This document shows, one piece after another, positions 60,459-64,000 of a stretch of DNA of 64,000 nt. Every line of letters starts with the position of its first letter. The first letter of the stretch is position 1. The stretch covers positions 1 to 64,000 of the forward strand of contig NIVC01002933.1 of assembly GCA_002269645.1 (NCBI GenBank). The letters are read 5' to 3'. The notes below the pieces were generated by a model. The model did no database searches. It had not been told where the DNA came from and worked only from the letters and a program-made list of their open reading frames with translations. The translations under genes and the position numbers were made by a program. The DNA is from Macrostomum lignano (lineage: Eukaryota).

Positions 60459-62193
60459 GTCTCACAGAGAATGCTTGGTTTCTATAGCAAAATAAATTGT
60501 CGCAATGATATTGTTGGATTGCCTGAAAACCTGTCAGTTTAGCTGCTTGGCTTTTCACTCGATGTTTTCTGTACGTTTTTCTGGGTTTTCGATTATTATG
60601 TCAGTGTTGAATCATTCTGCCTATTCTACTTAAAAAGGTTGTGCTTTGGGGTAGTACATTTTAGAAACTAAGGCATTTCTCCTATACAAATGAGATTGCG
60701 ACGTCACTACCATAAGCGGACACAAAACAGCATGTACTACCGCATCGGTGCATTGCGATAATGTATGATCAGAATTATATGTGGCAGCTCAAAATGATTC
60801 CATAGATCGTTTAATAATGCTGGTTAACCAACATGTCTGTATTAGTGATGTATGTATTTAAAGCAATGATGTCGAGTTGCATTTTATTTTAGCTTCTTTT
60901 CATTTTAAAAAACCAATTTTGTTTTTCATATTGGGTCAATTAGTTATTTTGATGAATTCTTCGTTAACCGTTGTTGCTAAAATAAACTTTTTTTCTACGT
61001 CTTCTTCGTAAAACAAAACCGTCGCTATTTTTGTTGAAAAAGCTATCTCTGCCGATGCGCAATTAATTGCATGATATTTACTCCTTACCTTCGTCACGCT
61101 ATTGCTGTATGTTCGGGCCCAGATACAACTCGAAAATCGAAAGAAAACAATCGCGGCCCCAAGCAAATTTTGGACATGGCGCCAACCAAAAACGGGTCCT
61201 ACTCAGCTGGCGTGTCTGCAGAACGCTAGAGTCTTGAGCCTAGCTAGCAATGACATCCTTGTTTACCTCTCTGAGGCTGTTTTTTTAAAAAATAAAACAG
61301 TAAACTGACGTGTTTCCAGTTGTGAGGAGAGCACGGGCTGTATGACACGACCACGGAAACAAAATATTAAAGATATTGTACTTTATTATAGCTGGAAAGA
61401 TTATTTCATGTCAGCTTAGTGAATTGCAAAATTTTTAGTTAGCAGTCACGACGTTAATTACGTTTGTAAGACAAAAAAGACAAAATTAAACTCCAAGTTT
61501 CTATAGAGTTTACGGAATCATCACAGCATAGTTTTGTATACTTCTTCCTTCAAATTATATTCTGCAGTAACAAAACTTACAGCTAGGTACCTTGTTACTT
61601 GCAGACGCAATTTTTATCTGGTGTGTGATCTATTTTTAGAATCGTCAAACATATTCCAGCCAGCTCAGTGTACGGCTACGCACATGAAGTACGCGTTTGT
61701 AATTGTACCTTCGCCTTTTACTCAGAGCTTTCCAACAGCCGGCTTTTAAAGTACAAAGCATGGTTAATAAAGAATTCCAAGGCCATGGCTGCCCCTCGAG
61801 TGTCATGATGCGACCAATTTTACATATTCGATATCCATACATGGCTTCCTCATATGCTCTCAATATAAAAGGGAGTGAAGCTGCAGCTCGTACAGGGGTA
61901 CCACCTGTGTGGAGCATAACCGCACTGGAGAGTCAGCGGTCCGCAGCTCCGACAGCTGAAAAGACAGCGTGAGTGACTTTTAGAAATTAATATTCAACAC
62001 AAAAACTGCATGCCAAACTGTCACCCACCGAATAAAGCAGCTGATCAGCAGCCACTGGGGCACTGGTGATGAAGTCCTCGGCTGATCTGACTAAATAGCG
62101 ATGGGACCGCTGCGGACTCTCAGCAGCTGATGGTTCTAGAATCAATGTAGCAGTGTCAGCGACTGGATACGTATTATCAAAAGTCAAAATCGA

Positions 62194-63072
62194 TTAACAG
62201 ATTCCTAAAGCAGATAGTTCTTTACTCACAATAGAAAACTCACCATAAGATGGAAGTATGGAGAAATGAAAAACAATGAACTGCATAAACAAGTCCATGA
62301 GCTCAAGGTGAGAGTCCATGCTCTCCCTGTAGTGCTTCTCGAGATCGGACCTGCGCACCATCGCCCTGCAGCCCAGGTGAGAGTACTTGCACTCTACCGG
62401 TCTCTCGGGACACTCCGACAGGTGAGCAACATATCCCCGCCTGTCCATCGGTGTGCTCCGCTCCGAGCAGTGAGGACAGCGAGCTGAGAATCTCGGACAG
62501 CACACATCGGACTGCAGATTCCTGTGACTGGTCTCCATCTCGCTGTGTGTGACCAGCTGAGAGCACAGGTCGCAGGTCTCCTTCCTGTGGCGACACTCGC
62601 TGCTGGTGTGTCGCTGCATGTCCTTCTTCAGAATGAGCTCTTTGCACTGCTCACAGCGGAGTGAGTGCCAGTCGCAGCTCTGTTGCACATGCTGGTCCAT
62701 GCGAGCCCATTCGAGTTGGACAGAGCAGCCGGCGTCGCAGTTCGGACAGCGGACTCGCAGCTTGGCGACCTCGCGTCTCGTCGCCATGTCGGGAAAGCAG
62801 GTAGCCTGGCTCACCTCGATCTCGACCTCGCCGCCGGGGTCCTCCTCTGAGTGGTGATCTCTGAGTGTGCAGGCCTCGGTGTGTCCGGGACAGGGCCGCT
62901 TCTCCACCTCGTGCAGCAGGCCGGTGACGCAGGCCTGGCACAGGCGGCACCCGTGCGGAGTCTGTCGGGCGTTGAAGAGCGGCTTGGAGCAGCTGCTGCA
63001 CTGCAGGTGGATCGGCACAGCGGACACCGGCCGGGCGGCCGACACTCTTTCGGGAAGTTCCAACTGGGACAT
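62194..63072 (-). CDS. Second TRAF paralogue: RING and zinc fingers only, no recognisable coiled coil or MATH (292 aa unspliced; may continue by splicing)
   Basis: ATG is at 63072 (MSQLELPERV...). It is near-identical to the first copy up to the last zinc finger, then unrelated. A GTGAGT donor at 62243 offers a spliced continuation. Confidence 0.8.
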   Translation of the reverse strand: MSQLELPERVSAARPVSAVPIHLQCSSCSKPLFNARQTPHGCRLCQACVTGLLHEVEKRPCPGHTEACTLRDHHSEEDPGGEVEIEVSQATCFPDMATRREVAKLRVRCPNCDAGCSVQLEWARMDQHVQQSCDWHSLRCEQCKELILKKDMQRHTSSECRHRKETCDLCSQLVTHSEMETSHRNLQSDVCCPRFSARCPHCSERSTPMDRRGYVAHLSECPERPVECKYSHLGCRAMVRRSDLEKHYRESMDSHLELMDLFMQFIVFHFSILPSYGEFSIVSKELSALGIC

Positions 63073-64000
63073 CTCTGACTGAGAGAGCTTTTTTATGATA
63101 AAATATATAAACCTCAATGATATGGTATTGCTGAACAAAATTTTGTCAGCTTCGACGCTCAAAAAGTTATCTGATGTTGCTTTGAAGTCCTTTTTATTTA
63201 TATAAGCGTAGTTTTTATGTCCGAAGCAAGCTATGAATCACTCCGTGTGTGGATAGGGTTGGATTCTCGTTTTTCGATCGCGTTGGAGTAATAGAAGCCA
63301 ATAGAGATTTAGTATATTTGGATAGTACGCTCGTATATAGGATTAAGAGTGACCCTGAGCCAGGATTCCCCTGTTCTATTTTTAGACTTGAACGACGCAG
63401 CTCAACTGAACGACGAAGTGCATTTGGAATTGTGTCAGTAAAAGAAAACACTCTTTTGCGGTATGATTTTTTATAAGTTTCTATGCTTCGTTGCTCCTTT
63501 ATTAAAAACAGATTTTAATCGCTTTCGTGTTCAATTCGATAGGAATGCGTGTTCGTGTATCGCAGGCTCGAATCCATTACTCATGCTGGGCTGTTCGCAG
63601 TACAACCGGCTACTTTTGAGGCAAATTGAATTAAAGTACTCGTTTCTGCCTCAGCCAAACAAACTTCCGCTGTTATTAGGGCCATAATCGTAATTTCCAC
63701 GCTCGTATTTATACCTAGTTTAAAGAAGAGTTCCAAAGTTTTTGTCGATAGTCAAATAAGATTTTACATAGTCAGTAGCATAGTCAGAAGTACCTTAATG
63801 ACGCGCTATTTCGGGGAACTGCGTGGGGTTCTATTTCTGTGCAAACCATGAGCCAGGTTGTTTTTAATATTCTGCCTTAAGGACATTTAGTCTGTCTGCC
63901 TATTATGAATTGGGGAAACGCCCCGACTTTCGCATACAGAGCTTGCATGAGAAAAATAGCAGCTCTCATTGGGTTGCTCAAATCAGAAAGTCGTGTAAGA

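Noticed and set aside
58795-63082. Plus-strand and alternate-frame ORFs overlapping the TRAF genes
   Set aside because: They are shadows of GC3-rich coding sequence with no independent motifs.
63215-63687. Short ORFs at the right edge
   Set aside because: No recognisable motif, codon bias or splice context.

Overview
Eukaryotic (metazoan) genomic DNA. GC3-rich exons with poly-Ala/Gly/Gln tracts, GT-AG introns filled with tandem repeats, and tandem TRAF paralogues suggest a free-living flatworm such as Macrostomum; this is an inference and no search was run. About 35 tandem arrays cover much of 0-53.5 kb, and most long ORFs in the supplied track are artefacts of them. Hand-assembled spliced models with consistent intron phases: (1) a Tau/MAP2-repeat microtubule-binding protein (minus, <1-4865; not visible in the ORF track; apparent 1-nt frameshift); (2) a signal peptide + Cys-containing domain + LDLa + TM type-I membrane protein (plus, 11468-18684); (3) a 225-aa orphan (plus, 25732-27326); (4) an RRM-like protein with a low-complexity N-terminus (minus, ~41903-44349); (5) a coiled-coil protein ending in a CTTNBP2/Neuron-navigator-like C-terminal module (minus, 46625-51408); (6,7) two TRAF paralogues (minus, 58764-60458 and ~62194-63072). 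There is also a long repeat-built ORF (8081-10231), scattered GC3-rich exons at 33-39.5 kb, and decayed LINE reverse transcriptase and DIRS-type tyrosine recombinase fragments at 56-58 kb. The most unusual structural signals are: distinct minisatellites starting within ~0-30 nt of 5' splice sites in most long introns; an inverted pair of (CAGT)n arrays with identical rare interruptions bracketing one exon; a ~1.9-kb near-CpG-free island; and a His/Cys-swapped TRAF RING.
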